From: Dicyema japonicum
Taxonomy: Eukaryota > Animalia > Dicyemida
DNA length: 64,000 nt
Direction: 5' to 3'
Assembly: GCA_011109175.1 (NCBI GenBank)
Contig: RDEW01000007.1
Location: 1,192,295 to 1,256,294 of the forward strand
Shown piece by piece: positions 51,219 through 63,620 of this stretch. The notes below the pieces were generated by a model, which did not search any database, had not been told where the DNA came from, and saw only the letters and a program-made list of their open reading frames with translations. Made by a program: the position numbers and the translations under genes. Numbering within the stretch: the first letter of the stretch is position 1; each line of letters starts with the position of its first letter.

Positions 51219-51379
51219 GTTTCACTACGTAAATGCCTCTATCGCATCATGCTGGAAATAACTGATATCTTCTATCACGAATAAACTAAATAGCAAACTA
51301 AAGAAACATCAAACGAAAGTAAAAATCAGTGACAATCGCGGTTGTTGATTCTACATTCGTGGGGACGAGTGACCTTGTT

Positions 51380-51868
51380 AGAAATAAAGTGCCAGTTGGT
51401 TATATGGTTGTGGTGCTTTCGAGATAAGCTGCAGTTCAAATCCGTATCCCGTAATATCTGGCAGATTATTTTGCTAATTTTTTGTCGATTCCTAAGAATC
51501 ATTTTTGGATTCAGATTACTTGAGTCCCGTGTATTGCCCGACCGGATCCGAAAATGTTTCTCTCTCCTCAACTTCAGTGGAGGAGCCGGAGGTGATACCC
51601 AATAACTAGAGATATTCTTTGGAGCGAATTATATCTCCATTAAGGGGTAAGAGCAATGTAGAGTTAATTAGTATTCTATTTGAAGTAAATATCATTGTCC
51701 ATGATTTTCTGGACTTGTGTATAATAGGTCCCTCATAAACCAACTTGTAAAGTGATCTAATAAATCTTGTAAGGCAACAGCTGTGTGAACCTACTGATCT
51801 CTTGATGCGATGATTATATCGTAGCATATGTAAGAACAACTATATCGTCGCTGCTAGGGGTGGGCATA
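51380..51868 (-). repeat. Inverted third copy of part of the duplicated segment (46275-46770)
   Basis: ORF 51326-51571 (MRREKHFRIRSGNTRDSS...) mirrors the ORFs at 36380 and 46573. Confidence 0.9.
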
Positions 51869-52001
51869 GTCAACTAGTTGTGGTTTTTACTTGTGCTTTG
51901 TCTGAATAAATTAATTTCCCCCGTCACATTCTTCCAACTGCAACGAAGGATTACACGTGTTTTACAATGAAAAAGTTGATTGCCACAACTAGTTGACTAT
52001 G
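51865..52001. mobile_element. 137-bp MITE with perfect 19-bp TIRs
   Basis: CATAGTCAACTAGTTGTGG (51865-83) / CCACAACTAGTTGACTATG (51983-52001). No TSD visible. Confidence 0.75.
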
Positions 52002-53429
52002 TGATCCTGACACGTCTCAGCAGTGCCCCCAGGATTGTTCAGTGTTTCTTCTTATATTCCACACAAGCCCGTAATAGACTGGGAACTCCACGGCCACGTT
52101 TAGTTAGTTAAGCAACGGTCACGGTGTCACAGTCAGACGAGAAATCATATTAAAATTTTTGTTTAAATAATAAATTTTATTATTCTATTAATAAACTTTA
52201 TTTATTTAAATTATTAAAAGTATCCATGAATCAACTACAAATGGTATTTTGGACACTTTTAATAGTACAAATAATAAAGTCTGGTTAGCTATTTCCTTAA
52301 AAAAACAAGATCTGAAGGTCTGCACCTCCAAATACATCCCGGAGATATTCATAAAGGATGTTATCTATCGACCGTTAGAATAAGTCTTTATCCTAGAATT
52401 GTAATACGGTGGAATCCAGCAGCACATTTTATTACGAAATTGAACATGCTTCAAAGCTGTGCCAAAGGACGATGTTTTCAAGACAATGGAGTCGCTGGCT
52501 TTGTGTGCAATGGGCTAATTTGGGTGCTATGCCAAAGTCAATGAAGGCTACCACAACTTCCTCAATGATAGGTCTTCTGTTATGTAATTTTTAGTGGTCT
52601 TACTAGAAAGTCTATTTTTGAAAATTTAATAATCGACAAAGTAAATTTTAATCGAATAAATTCTAATAATTACGTGTATTCTGGTATTTTAATTTGATTT
52701 TTAAGAAAATTGTTCAAATTTTAATTTTATTTCGAATAATTTTTCACCCGCCAATTTTCTTTATTTCTGCACGACCACTACGGCCAACTGTCAACAATCT
52801 TTGTAGACTCATGAATATTTGAATCTAAAGGTCCGGAATAAGCAATTTGGAGGCTAAACTGATCTTGTCCCTGGGACCAACAGCCAGTTCAAAAATTTTT
52901 AAAAGGTAATTTATAAAATTAACTCTTAGCGACTTTTCAGCTGTTTGCTCTAATTGTAGTACAAATAATTTTGTTGTTAATTGTTTTGTATATTGGTTTA
53001 CCGACGGAAATAAAATCCCAACATTTTATGGCGGGAAAATAAAGTTAAAGTTTAATTAATTTAAGTTACTCTTGTGGAAACTTTATTTGCAACACAAATC
53101 CTTGTTATAATTTACAACTTGTTAGACAAGACATTGAAATATCTTCAGAACTTCCTACTGTGGTAGGTTAGGAGATTATTTATTTTAGTTGTACTTTTAA
53201 TAAACCACCGTTTTCATCAAATTATGATTTTCAAGAAGATTTAACATATCCACTTAATTTTCTGAGTCTTATGGATAAATATGTCATTTCAATTGTAATT
53301 GTTCCTCTCGTATTGACATTCCTCTTTCTCTATAACGTTTAAATTAATAAACTATCTTAAATAATCTCTTAAATTTATTCAAAAACGTAGAATATTACTT
53401 TTAACAACTTTAAAAAAATAATAACACCT

Positions 53430-53617
53430 CTTTCACGAGAGAAATGATAAGTCTGTATATAGGGGACACACACTTTTTTTAATGAAGTTATGCTAACTAA
53501 TGGTAGAGAGATTCAAGGAATTTTCTTTAACTTTTTTTCTTCTTTTTGTTGTATACGATTCCTCGTAGATGATCAGGTTCAGCAGCAAGGTATTCACTGA
53601 TGACGGCAACACTCGCC
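53430..53617 (-). mobile_element. SINE-A diverged 3' half
   Basis: 'ttcactgatgacggcaacactcg' core plus the 'ggacacac.cttt' 3' block. Confidence 0.6.
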
Positions 53618-54411
53618 TCCTACAAGTTAGTGAGGCTAAAATAAAAAATATTTCTCAAAATAGACCAAATAACTTTTGTGTCTTTGGAAGGAATGTTTTA
53701 GCAAAAACAAAATTTAGAATAAACGACCATGATTTTAAAAATACTTGAGGCCGCCATTGACCTCAAACTATGGATCCAAATACACCATAACAAGATTCAC
53801 TCAAATAGCCCGCAGTGGTCATGGAGATCTCCTTTTCGTGTAGAAATCCGATGCCCTAGACGATTCAGGAATTCCAGCATCGCAGGCGAAAGGAAATTGT
53901 AGAAATCTGTTTTAAGTGGTTGACTCTGAGCACACGCTGTACATTCAGTACATACATGATGAATTATCGATCTTATAAATTTTCACACTGATGAGTTTCC
54001 CAGTGAAGATTCGCTTTATCGGAGACTACGCTCCATAGTCTCAATTCAATATACCGGAAAACTATTCATATGTTGGCTCTCATATTGGATCAAGAGTCAA
54101 TCCCTTCTCACGAAAGAAACGACCCGCTATCGCAGATCCAGATTCCTTGCGTCTGTGAAAAGATGGAAACCCGCTTAGTCTATTTAAATTTAAATGCAAA
54201 AGCAGCTCCAAGAAGAGTTCTGCCATGAAAAAGCTCAAAAAATGCAAAAGGCAGCAGAAGATTTTATTTGAGGTTCACCATAAGAGTGAGGAGTTTTATT
54301 TTTCGCAATTATTTAGGAAACCTATTTTGCAATTTTAAGGAAAAATAACCTCATAGGATGCACGAAGAGTAGCCTTATTTAAGAGTAGCATTACTATTGC
54401 ACAATAGATAT

Positions 54412-54751
54412 ATAGTCGGATGTCATAGTGGAATAAATTCCAGGACAATATTATGAGGTTACCGGTTCGAACCTCGCTGCTGTCTATTCGGTCGAAAGTT
54501 CCATACATCTACAATGCTTTGGGGTTGACGATTAATCAGTGTTTTATCACTCCAGAAGTGGATTGTCTGCTTGGACTCACACACAAACAAAAATAAAAAA
54601 AGCTAAGGACACTTTCAATGTCCTGGATATGCTTTGATTAATTAACATTACTGTTCTTACTTCTTCAAATAAAGTGTTTTCTTCCTAAGGTGAGGTTTAA
54701 GTAATAGAAACATTACCATTCTTTATCGGAAGGGCTGTCTTATATTATTAG
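54412..54751 (+). mobile_element. SINE-A full-length diverged copy
   Basis: A-box-like TGTCATAGTGG, B box GGTTCGAACCT and an (ATT)n tail. Possible TSD TAGATAT at 54405-11 / 57388-94, across the hAT insertion. Confidence 0.75.
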
Positions 54752-54889
54752 TAGGGCGATTTTTGTCAATAAAGTCAAAAATTTACATGTCCTTTGAAAT
54801 TGTTTAAAACTTTAAAAAAATGTAGTTTTTAATCAAAAATATTATATTAATCAAAAGTTATAAAATCAAAAAAAGTTGAAATTTTTAGT

Positions 54890-55770
54890 AATTTATTTAT
54901 TTTTATTTATTTAAAACTAAAAATCACCGACAAAACAAAGGAGAGTAGAGGACGTCAGATGATCCTGGCCTCCTTGAGCAGCCGTCTCATCTTTTTAGGT
55001 GTTCCTCCCGAGTGACGACACATTTCCGGTGTGGACGACTTTTTGGGGTTTAGAGGTTTTGGCAGAGTTCCCATTTCTCAGAGTTCCTCGAACGGGTTGG
55101 TTTTAATCTCAAGGAAGAAGATCTTTGTAAGGTTTTTGTTACTGTCTCTTGGGAGGAGTTTATTTTCTTTAGGTTTGGTGTGGGATTTGCTTGTGTCCCA
55201 TGCCGCGCAGCAGTAGCTGATTGACGGAAGTATATATTGGTGGTAGAGATGATCTACTGTTGGGTGGAACCACCTCTTGTATTATCCAAGTAGCGTTTTT
55301 ACAAAGTTCAATTTTCGCTGGGAAGAGCAGATTATGTTTCTCACATGTTTGCTGAGGGTCATTAGTGGGTAATATGTGACCCCCAGTATTTTGGTTGAAT
55401 TTGTGGAAGAGATTGTTATTCCATTTAGGGTCAGTGGAGGCGCCGAGATAGTCAATCTTCTGTTGGAAGTAAAGATCATAGAGCACGACTTTTCAGGACT
55501 AGTTTGTAGTTGGTTCCTCATAAGCCAACAGTTCATGTTATCCAGTGAATCTATTAAGTGGGTACCCGCCGTGCGGATGCACTGATCTCTTGTTTCCAGG
55601 ATTAAGTCGTTGGTGTAAGCAAAGAATAGGGTATCGTCGCAACCGTAGGAAGGCATGTCGCTCATAAATAGGTTGAAGAGAATCGGAGAGAGGGGGATCC
55701 TTGCCGGACTCCGTTCGGCAGAAATTTAGTGACTGAAGATGTGGAAATGATGATTACTATTTCTCTGTCC
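54890..55770 (-). mobile_element. Ingi-like RT 3' fragment
   Basis: SPILFNLFMSDMP, AYTND and KILGVTY. (TAAA)n tail at 54890-54912. Confidence 0.7.
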
Positions 55771-56799
55771 GTTTGGAAATAATGTCAAAATTTAATTTTT
55801 TTAGGTCAATAAAGTCAAAAATTTTATTAATTTTTTTATTTTTTTTTATTTTTTAATTTTTCGAGTTTATAAATTTAATACTAGCGTGGGATCAATTATC
55901 ATCATTCACTGTGATTCCTCGTCAATCAAGAATGACATTGAAAGATTAAGTCTGTTAGGAAATATCCTGATGAATTTTCTATCAACTCACAAGGAAATCT
56001 TTTTTAGAATTTATGTGGGACATTTGTAACTGCAAAAAAGAAATTTTTATTGAATCCCGTAGATCGCCTAAAAATCATATCAAATTCGCAGGTTTTTATT
56101 TTTATTACTATTTTACATGTTATTGCTACAAAACCCACTGATTTGCACATGAGTCGATAAAGTCACTAAGGCTTTATCGAATTGGATTTTCCCTTGCATA
56201 AGTTGAACAGTAAAAACTTACGATACTTGTTTGAGGCTATTGGACATCATCTTCCTTCTACTTACGTTTACGAAAAAGTGTAGAAAATTTATGCCAGAAG
56301 CAACTCGACAGAATTAAGCTATTTGAGGTTCTATTTGTATTTATATAGATCTGAAAAATTTTGTTTTGGTTGAGAAAACTGATATCCGGGGACAGAAATA
56401 TGTCAAGGAAATATGGTTAATATCTTGTCGTCATTGTCTTCTGCGGCTAACTTCTCGATTATCTGTCAGATAATTGACGATGTTCTAAGGGATTTTGCGA
56501 TAGATTGCGAAGACGGTGTTGAACACATTCAGAAATTGCATGTGGACGATTTATGTGGAATCGGGAAGTACTGGAATCAAGATTATTTGTCAATCAAGCA
56601 CTTTTTATCAAATAAATGGAAAAACAACATATTTCTACATATATATAACTATCTGTAAAAGTGTCCTCACACATCATTAAATGTTGAGAAAAGTTTTTCT
56701 TTATTGAAAAATTACTATCTAAAGACCGAAATTTTAAACCCGAAAACGTTTTGAATTACATTATTCCGTATTTTAATAATAATAACATCAGAGACCACG

Positions 56800-57205
56800 G
56801 TTACACAAACTAACTAATCATTTGATCCCGCACGATCTAGCAGGGACCTCATCTTGGTCAGATGCTCCTCCCTCGACCCCACAAAAGCACGTATCGGTCG
56901 AGTGACTATCTTCGCAATCACGACGGCGCGTTCCATGGTTCATTCGTATCAAGGCTTCAAGAGGCATTGGTGGCTGGAACTATAGCGTTCCGTGATTTTG
57001 GAGGCTCTTTTTCGGCTAGCCTCGATCTTCAAGACATTTGTCCAAGAGATGAATGGGCCCCATATACCACATGCATAGGAGAGGCATGGTTCAATGAATT
57101 GTTTATATATGGTGCTCAAAACAGAATGATTTCTGTTCTTCCAGAAGCCTGTGAGGCATTTCAAAACATTAGTTTTTTTTCGCATTTTTAATGACGTTCT
57201 CAACA
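56800..57205 (-). mobile_element. Ingi-like 3' fragment
   Basis: NVLKCLTG..W..NHSVLSTIYKQFIEPCLSYACGIWGP (post-RT region). Confidence 0.65.
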
Positions 57206-58376
57206 TTGTGACTTATGATGTGGAAAGGGAAAATCAAAATAAATATTTTGATTTTTTTATATTAGAAATTTTTTTGTAGATAAATTTACCATAAAGTCAA
57301 AAAAGGTCAAAATTTTGAAATTTTAAAGTCAATTTTTAGGTCACAATTTCCGAATTATAAAGTCAATATAAAAATCGCCCTAATTATTAGATATCTTCTG
57401 AATTCAAATTTAACACAGGATTCAAACCAACAAAGTTTCTTAGAATCTGGCAATAGAACAAGCCACAATAAATTTATTATGTCAAGATTAATAAAATTTT
57501 TGTAAATATAATTTTATTGATTTTTAAATTTAAAATTTATGGACCCCGTTGAGAAACGCTGGTTTATCATATTGTTCTCCAAATATAGGGAGTGCCTATA
57601 TGGGGTAGCCGACCCGGGCAGCACGCTGTTGGAGGCAGCAGATCCCAGCCATAGTGTTCATGTAATTAAGGTATACTCACTTTTTTCTATATGTTCTTTC
57701 ATCATGGACAAGATTGACTGCTAACGTTCACCATGTTTTCTTGAGAAGACTTCGAACACACGGGATTTAATCGATGGCAGATGCGTGTTCGCTGTAAATT
57801 CCATTACCGCTCTTCGTGATGAAGCGCGGTCAGTAACGTTCTCCTTGTTATGACGACGGTGTCACGCTTCTGCCGCTTGCATGCGAGGCGTATTGTGCCT
57901 TGGTTACCGGTATGTTTAAAGTTAAATGATTATTATCGAACACGACGGTTGTTTTTCCTTAAAACGATCAATCAAATGCTGACAATCATAAACCCGTGGC
58001 TGTAATCCAAGTCTTCGATGTCACATCAACGCCTGTCAAGTTTAGGTTTGATCAGCATTGAATAAAAATTTCTAATAAGCGAGGTGAAAGATAGACTTTG
58101 TGACAGCAAAGGAGCGATTGGACATGGAAGTAATGGTCAGTATTAAGTTTTTAATGTGCATTTTTTGTGATAAAAGCGGAAACTCAGATTAAAAATGATA
58201 AATTACGAGGTCAACTAAAACCATTCAAGGTCTTAGTGCAATGCCTAAAAATAAGGTAACACTCACAGTTCACGTCATTAAATATCCCCGAATATACCTG
58301 AAAGACGTTTTATCCCTTCCCCAGTATGACTAAGAAAAAGCACAAAATATAAATTTATTGAAAGAAATAAAAAAAA

Positions 58377-61038
58377 TCATGGCATATCTTCATATCCAGT
58401 TAACACGTGGAGATCGACCGTCTCCCTTTCATCCAATGTTTGTATCACCATAAATCTGCTACTAAGAATGAACCTCACCCATTCCTGCCTACAAGTTTGA
58501 ATAATCTTGAAGGGTCATATATATTCTGAATCATTTTATTCTCGTAATTCTTCCCAATAACCCCATGCCTGTAAATAGCCAACAATCCGTTGGAAATAAG
58601 CACTAAAACAACTAATAGTAAACTACCATAGTCATCCACCTTAACATCAAAGGTTAAAAACTCTGAGGCGCTCAGAGACCCGTCCAAATCATAAACTCCA
58701 GCCCAATCTGTCACTAAATATCACATAAAACCGTCAAATCCGACAACCACTGAGTTATCAGTCAACTGTCCAACGAAAATGGCATTCATAGTGTTATAAA
58801 AAACTACAATCAGCCAACCACAAACCATTCGACGATTCATCCTTGAGGGGACCCCATCCAGTATGCAGATTTAGGTCAATGTAATCAAACAATAGATTAG
58901 AACGATCCGTAGCCCTAAAATCACAAAAGCCACTCACTCGGGGTCATTGCTAATTCCAAAACAAAGATATGGGTAAGTTTTATCGATTGAAAACAGAGGT
59001 TCGTTTAGTGTACTCAGTCCATTCGGGATAAAATCCATAATCCGCTCCACGTGCTAAGAAAGGGGCACCTTATTGAGCATGTATTTCCTGTAAGGGAGGT
59101 ACCACTGCAAAAGAACGATCTGGTCAGGTAGAGAACAGAGAAGAAAATCCTCGCAATTAGTAGAACTGCGAAAAGCCACACATCTCTCTATGTCCTTGGT
59201 CTCATCGACTTTGATGATCGGGTTTAACTTTCTAAACTCTCAACACAGCTCAACTTGTTCCTGAAATTGAAGATATCTGACAATTTCGACGATTTCCCCA
59301 TTTCGAAGCCAGTCTGGCTTAAATTCATCATGTCAATAGCGTATAAGGATGAACCAATCCCTAGAATGAGGGACAAGGGTACCAGTTGTTAAAACAAGGA
59401 CCACTTCATACATGTTCATGTGCATCCACGTGCATGGCTTGTAGAAGATCTTTTTAGGCAGAAATTCCCCCAGAACCGCCAAATTGGCCAAATAAACACC
59501 GTCGTTGGTTCCCATTAAGATATTCTGCTCTGAAAATAAGTCAGAGTCCAACCACAGGTATGTCGAATTAACCCACAACTCAGTGCACGTGACATTCAGT
59601 TCGCATTTGTCGCAAATTTTGGTCAACCCCGCCCCCATCTGGAATATAAATGACCAACCAATACAATAACAGATGGGGCCCTAGGCACTCCCACGGATTC
59701 AATTTGCTGCAAAAGTTAGTTTAGCTACCTTGATCTGCTTCCTCCAGTCCCAGGCATAGCAAAGTCCACTGTCTCTCACTATAGTTTCCTCCACGTGTTC
59801 GTCCTAAACTGAAGAATCGTAAAAACGTTCTCAAATTCGTAGTTTTTCATCAAATCCATATCGTTTGCTATTTCAGACACATAATCAGTGATCGTTTCGT
59901 CCTTCGATTCTTCTTTAATAAAATCTGAAATCATCTCCTGCTGTGTGAGTTTGAAAAGTACTTGTTCATAGTTCATAGATTCGTTTTCACCGTCTCTCAT
60001 CTGCTTGGCGATCTTTGATTTGTACAAAGTGACACCACAGAGCTGAGTCAGATTTGGATTCTTCAAGAAATTATGCTAAAATAACCCAAACACTCACGTT
60101 TAGACATTCTGTTGCCGTTATGCGCCATCGGACGTTTTTGTTGAGCGTCTTCTTGATAAAGTTGCAAAGATCGTTAGACCTGACGTAAAGAAGGGATTTT
60201 TACCAATTTGAGGGATCCTTGACTGTGGGACTTTTATAAGAACTCTTCCCGATTAGGTGGAGAGCAGCGACGGGGTGGAGCTCGTACAGAGGCGGTTCTG
60301 TGTCGGCCATTTCGATTGTAGTTATGCCGATACTCCAAATATCGCAGGATTTACCATAACCGCCCAATCTCCGAGCAGCAACAACCTCTGGGGCCATCCT
60401 AGACTAATTTGTTGCTATTTACCAGTAGGGAGTCCCCAAAATTGAGGATCTCTTGGCGACTGTCTTGGTTAGACTCGAGGCAATACCAAAGTCGGCTAAA
60501 TTAAGAAAATAAAGCTAACCAAGTTTAACCTCACCATTGCTATTAAGCAGAATGTTTCCGCCCTGTTAATCACCACGGAAAATAACCTTGATATCTCTGT
60601 GGATCTGGTCGCACGAGTGAATGTACTCAAGTCCCCTAACGGCTTCCCTGATGACATAGGCAATTATATTCTCGGGAAGAGAACCAATGATCGATACAAT
60701 GTCCTGAAGAGATCCCCCTTCACAAATTTCCATGCACATCCACAAACGAGAACGACTAGAATGAAAAATGATGGTAACCAAAGGAATGCTTCGTATATAT
60801 TCACTACTTTTTGTGTCTACATTGGTTGATGACGTCAATTTCATTTTTAATTTGTGAGAAATCATCATCTTTCTCAATTTTTATTGATTTAAGAGCATAT
60901 ATTTTTCCAGTTAAGAGGTGACTGCCCTGTTTATGGTAAATAAGTGATTCTTGCCTTATAGACGTCCCCGTATGTGCCCGATCCGATACGAGAAATTATG
61001 TCATATACATTTTTTGGGTTAGAGAACTTAATATCCAT
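58377..61038 (-). CDS. MAP4K (GCK-I subfamily, MAP4K3/5/happyhour-like) Ste20 kinase with C-terminal CNH domain
   Basis: [55 protein letters not shown] and [21 protein letters not shown] opens the CNH domain; ends [11 protein letters not shown]. Many ~24-nt introns; one apparent 1-nt deletion at ~60808. Confidence 0.9.
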
Positions 61039-61179
61039 AAGGCACGGAAAACCACACTAGTCTGTATTTTATTCAATTGTTAAATTATTACCTTAATTTA
61101 TTAAAACATTTAATTTTTAAAATTTAAATTATAATGCTAATTATTTATTTAAGGCTTTCGACTGTTTACTTTGAAAATT

Positions 61180-62035
61180 TTTTAAACAAGAATTCCTAAA
61201 GCTTGTAGCTAACTTATTACTGATCGGAGAGGATGTGTGCGCGTCGGTCAATCAAGGTCAATTTCCCGGCTTATTCCTAATAGTGTTCCCCGAGGATCCC
61301 CATTATCTCCTTTTTATTTAATCTATTAACGTTCGATCTCTCTACATCGGAAACCGAAAACGACATTTTTCTTACTTATGGTGACAATATCACCATAGCC
61401 TCAAACGACCATGACATTTAGACTGTTGCTTCAGATTGTAACAGAATATGGCCCGTCTTAACTATTGGTTATTGAAGAACCGCATCTCCCGTATTTTGTT
61501 TAAATCAGACAATAGATCATGAGGTCATCAGCACTTCATATTTTTTCATTGGCCGTGACCAGATAGGCGCATAGGTGTTATTATTAAATTCGGATACACC
61601 GAGATAAAAACCCTTTGTCGTGCCTATCCTGATTTATAATTGTGGTACAGGGGGTTCAAAACAAGTTATGAAGTGTATTGACAGCTTTCACCACATCATG
61701 CCCCGAAAGGCAGACAATATACGATATGCTATGGAGATCAATAAGGCAAAATTATATAAATTATGTGACACAACCAATATCGACCGAAATCCGACGATCG
61801 AGATGAATACTGTTTGGTCACATTTTGAGGATAGACTTGGGCGTACCAGCAAATCGTGTGATGGAGGAATATTTCAAGGAAGATTATTCGAGGAAGTTCC
61901 AGGACAACTTTACCTTTTGTGTTAAATGAAGACTTAAAAGACGTCGGCAGAAAACTAAAAACGGTTGACTATCTGGATAAACTAAAAGAACTTGCGAAAA
62001 AGAAGGGACCTGGATGAGACTGCTACAAAGGGTGG
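61180..62035 (+). mobile_element. Degraded RT fragments (Ingi-like 61180-61490; RTE-like 61570-62035)
   Basis: SVPRGSPL and TYGDN, then PILIYNCGT and LFGHILR. Confidence 0.6.
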
Positions 62036-62047
62036 CTGGCGCGTTCT

Positions 62048-62126
62048 TTGCAGTTGTAGAAACTATTCCAGTGGAGTGAGTGAGAGAGAATGATCCTTTT
62101 ACTTGCCACCCTGGCACTGGGTGCCA
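62048..62126 (-). mobile_element. SINE-B internal fragment
   Basis: 'gcagttgt.gaa...tccagtggagtg...tgatcctttt...ctggcactggg' matches 18541-18610. Confidence 0.65.
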
Positions 62127-62165
62127 AATTCCAATGGGAGAGATTCCAATTGGATTTAATTCATT

Positions 62166-62585
62166 TGGGTGATCAGAGAATTTAATGTCCTACAGAATGT
62201 TAGTCGTCCCAGGGATAATTGGAAAGGTGCAACCAAACGTTAACTTGATGTTAAAAAAAACTTTTTGAATTGAAAAAATCTCAAATGGATTACTTATTAA
62301 TGTCCTGAGGATAGACGCAATCTTCTGAATATTAGACTGCTTCTCAGAAGGAATAACGATCTAGCTGGTCGAGTAAAAATAATAGATCCAAATAAGCGTT
62401 GCTTATTACATAATACTTTCACAATCCACTTTTGAAAATCTTATTCTAGGTTTCAAAAACCGCACTAAAGTATTTGGTACATATCTTCAGAGATGACCCT
62501 GTGTTTACAGATTTCTTGGGGAGAGTGTCGGGGTATAAGTCGGTTGGCAAGCCCTATCGTTTCATATTATTTCTCTGATCACCTA
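62166..62585. mobile_element. ~420-bp MITE (hAT-like TAGG terminus); partial inverted copy at 13715-13875
   Basis: TGGGTGATCAGAGAA / TTCTCTGATCACCTA inverted repeats. TSD not clear. Confidence 0.6.
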
Positions 62586-62648
62586 ATTTGCATGTTTACT
62601 TTATAATAACAACAACAACTTTATTTAAACAAAAAAATAGAAAATATA

Positions 62649-63620
62649 CAGTACCGGTCAATGAAAATTGCTCATCAATATTTTCATGCTTTTTATTTGA
62701 AAATTAATAAAATTAAAATCTTTGAGCTCATTTTTAGTCTAATTTATTAATTTTTTTTTTTAAAAATTAAATATTCGCTTTATTTAACGAATTTAAAGCA
62801 AAATTAAAAAATAGCGTGACACAAAAAATTGCTCACTTTTGTCGTGAATTCTAAATGGAGGTTATGTGCGGTTCCCGGAAAAAACATTTTGCAGATTTCG
62901 TTAAAGGGGTGATTATTGGCCATTTTAATGAAGGAAAACCATCAGAGAAATTTCCCGCATTATCAATTTATTATTTTCAACTGGTTCGTTTAACATCAGG
63001 AAATAGTGTAAATTTGGATCAATTTCTCGACAGCCTGGATCAGGACGTTTGCCGAAATTAAATTTAATACATGATGAATTTTTATGTACTGAATCCAAAA
63101 GTCAACCGACGCTGTTGGCGCCAGAATTATCTGCAATAACAAAGGAAAAATTTAATATTACCGTTTCCCCACGGACAATTACCAGAACATTAAATCGAAA
63201 TGGATTATGCTGTAGACATGCTAAAAGAAAGCCATTTATATCCCAAAAAATATTGATTTGAGATGGGCGATTTCAAAAAAATTTATTTCCCTTTCGGATG
63301 AGACATGCAAATCGGTATTATTTTCCGAAGAATCTGTTTTCAATGTTTTTTCTAACAAGAAACATCAACTTATTTATAGAAAAAATTACAGCCTTCAAAA
63401 TGTCAATTTACTTCCCACTGTAAATTTTGGAGGAGGCCGAGTTCTGATTTGGGGTGTATATCATATATCGGTGTCGGCAATATCGTTTTTGTAGATCAAA
63501 ACATGAATAGTGCATGTTACATTATTTTATTAGCCAATAATCTGCAACAATCTGCAGAAAAAATGTGCTTAAAATTAATTATTTTTCAGCAAGACAACGC
63601 TCCATGCCATACATCTCGCA
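62649..63620 (+). mobile_element. Tc1-family transposon (frameshifted), truncated by an R4-like insertion
   Basis: TA|CAGTACCGGTCAATG terminus; direct repeat AAAATTGCTCA at ~62665 and ~62825 (IR/DR-like). Motifs GSGRLPKL, SPRTITRTL, AKRKPFIS, VLFSEES, PTVNFGGGRVLIWG and QQDNAPCH. Confidence 0.85.

Larger units (their letters stand above)
54752..57382 (+). mobile_element. hAT DNA transposon (decayed) with two nested LINE fragments
   Basis: TIR TAGGGCGATTTTT / AAAAATCGCCCTA; exact 8-bp TSD ATTATTAG (54744-51 / 57383-90); many subterminal A(A/G)GTCAA motifs. Transposase remnant 55880-56790 (NVEKSFSLLK...DRNFKPENV). Confidence 0.85.

Noticed and set aside
52000-52130. Solo LTR (TGTGA...TCACA); its first ~16 nt match 1705-1719 in reverse
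   Set aside because: Short, with no TSD, PBS or PPT. Insufficient support.
57539-58260. Possible plus-strand host gene (MDPVEKRW...)
   Set aside because: The ATG follows an AT-rich region, but I could not build a consistent exon chain or recognise a domain.
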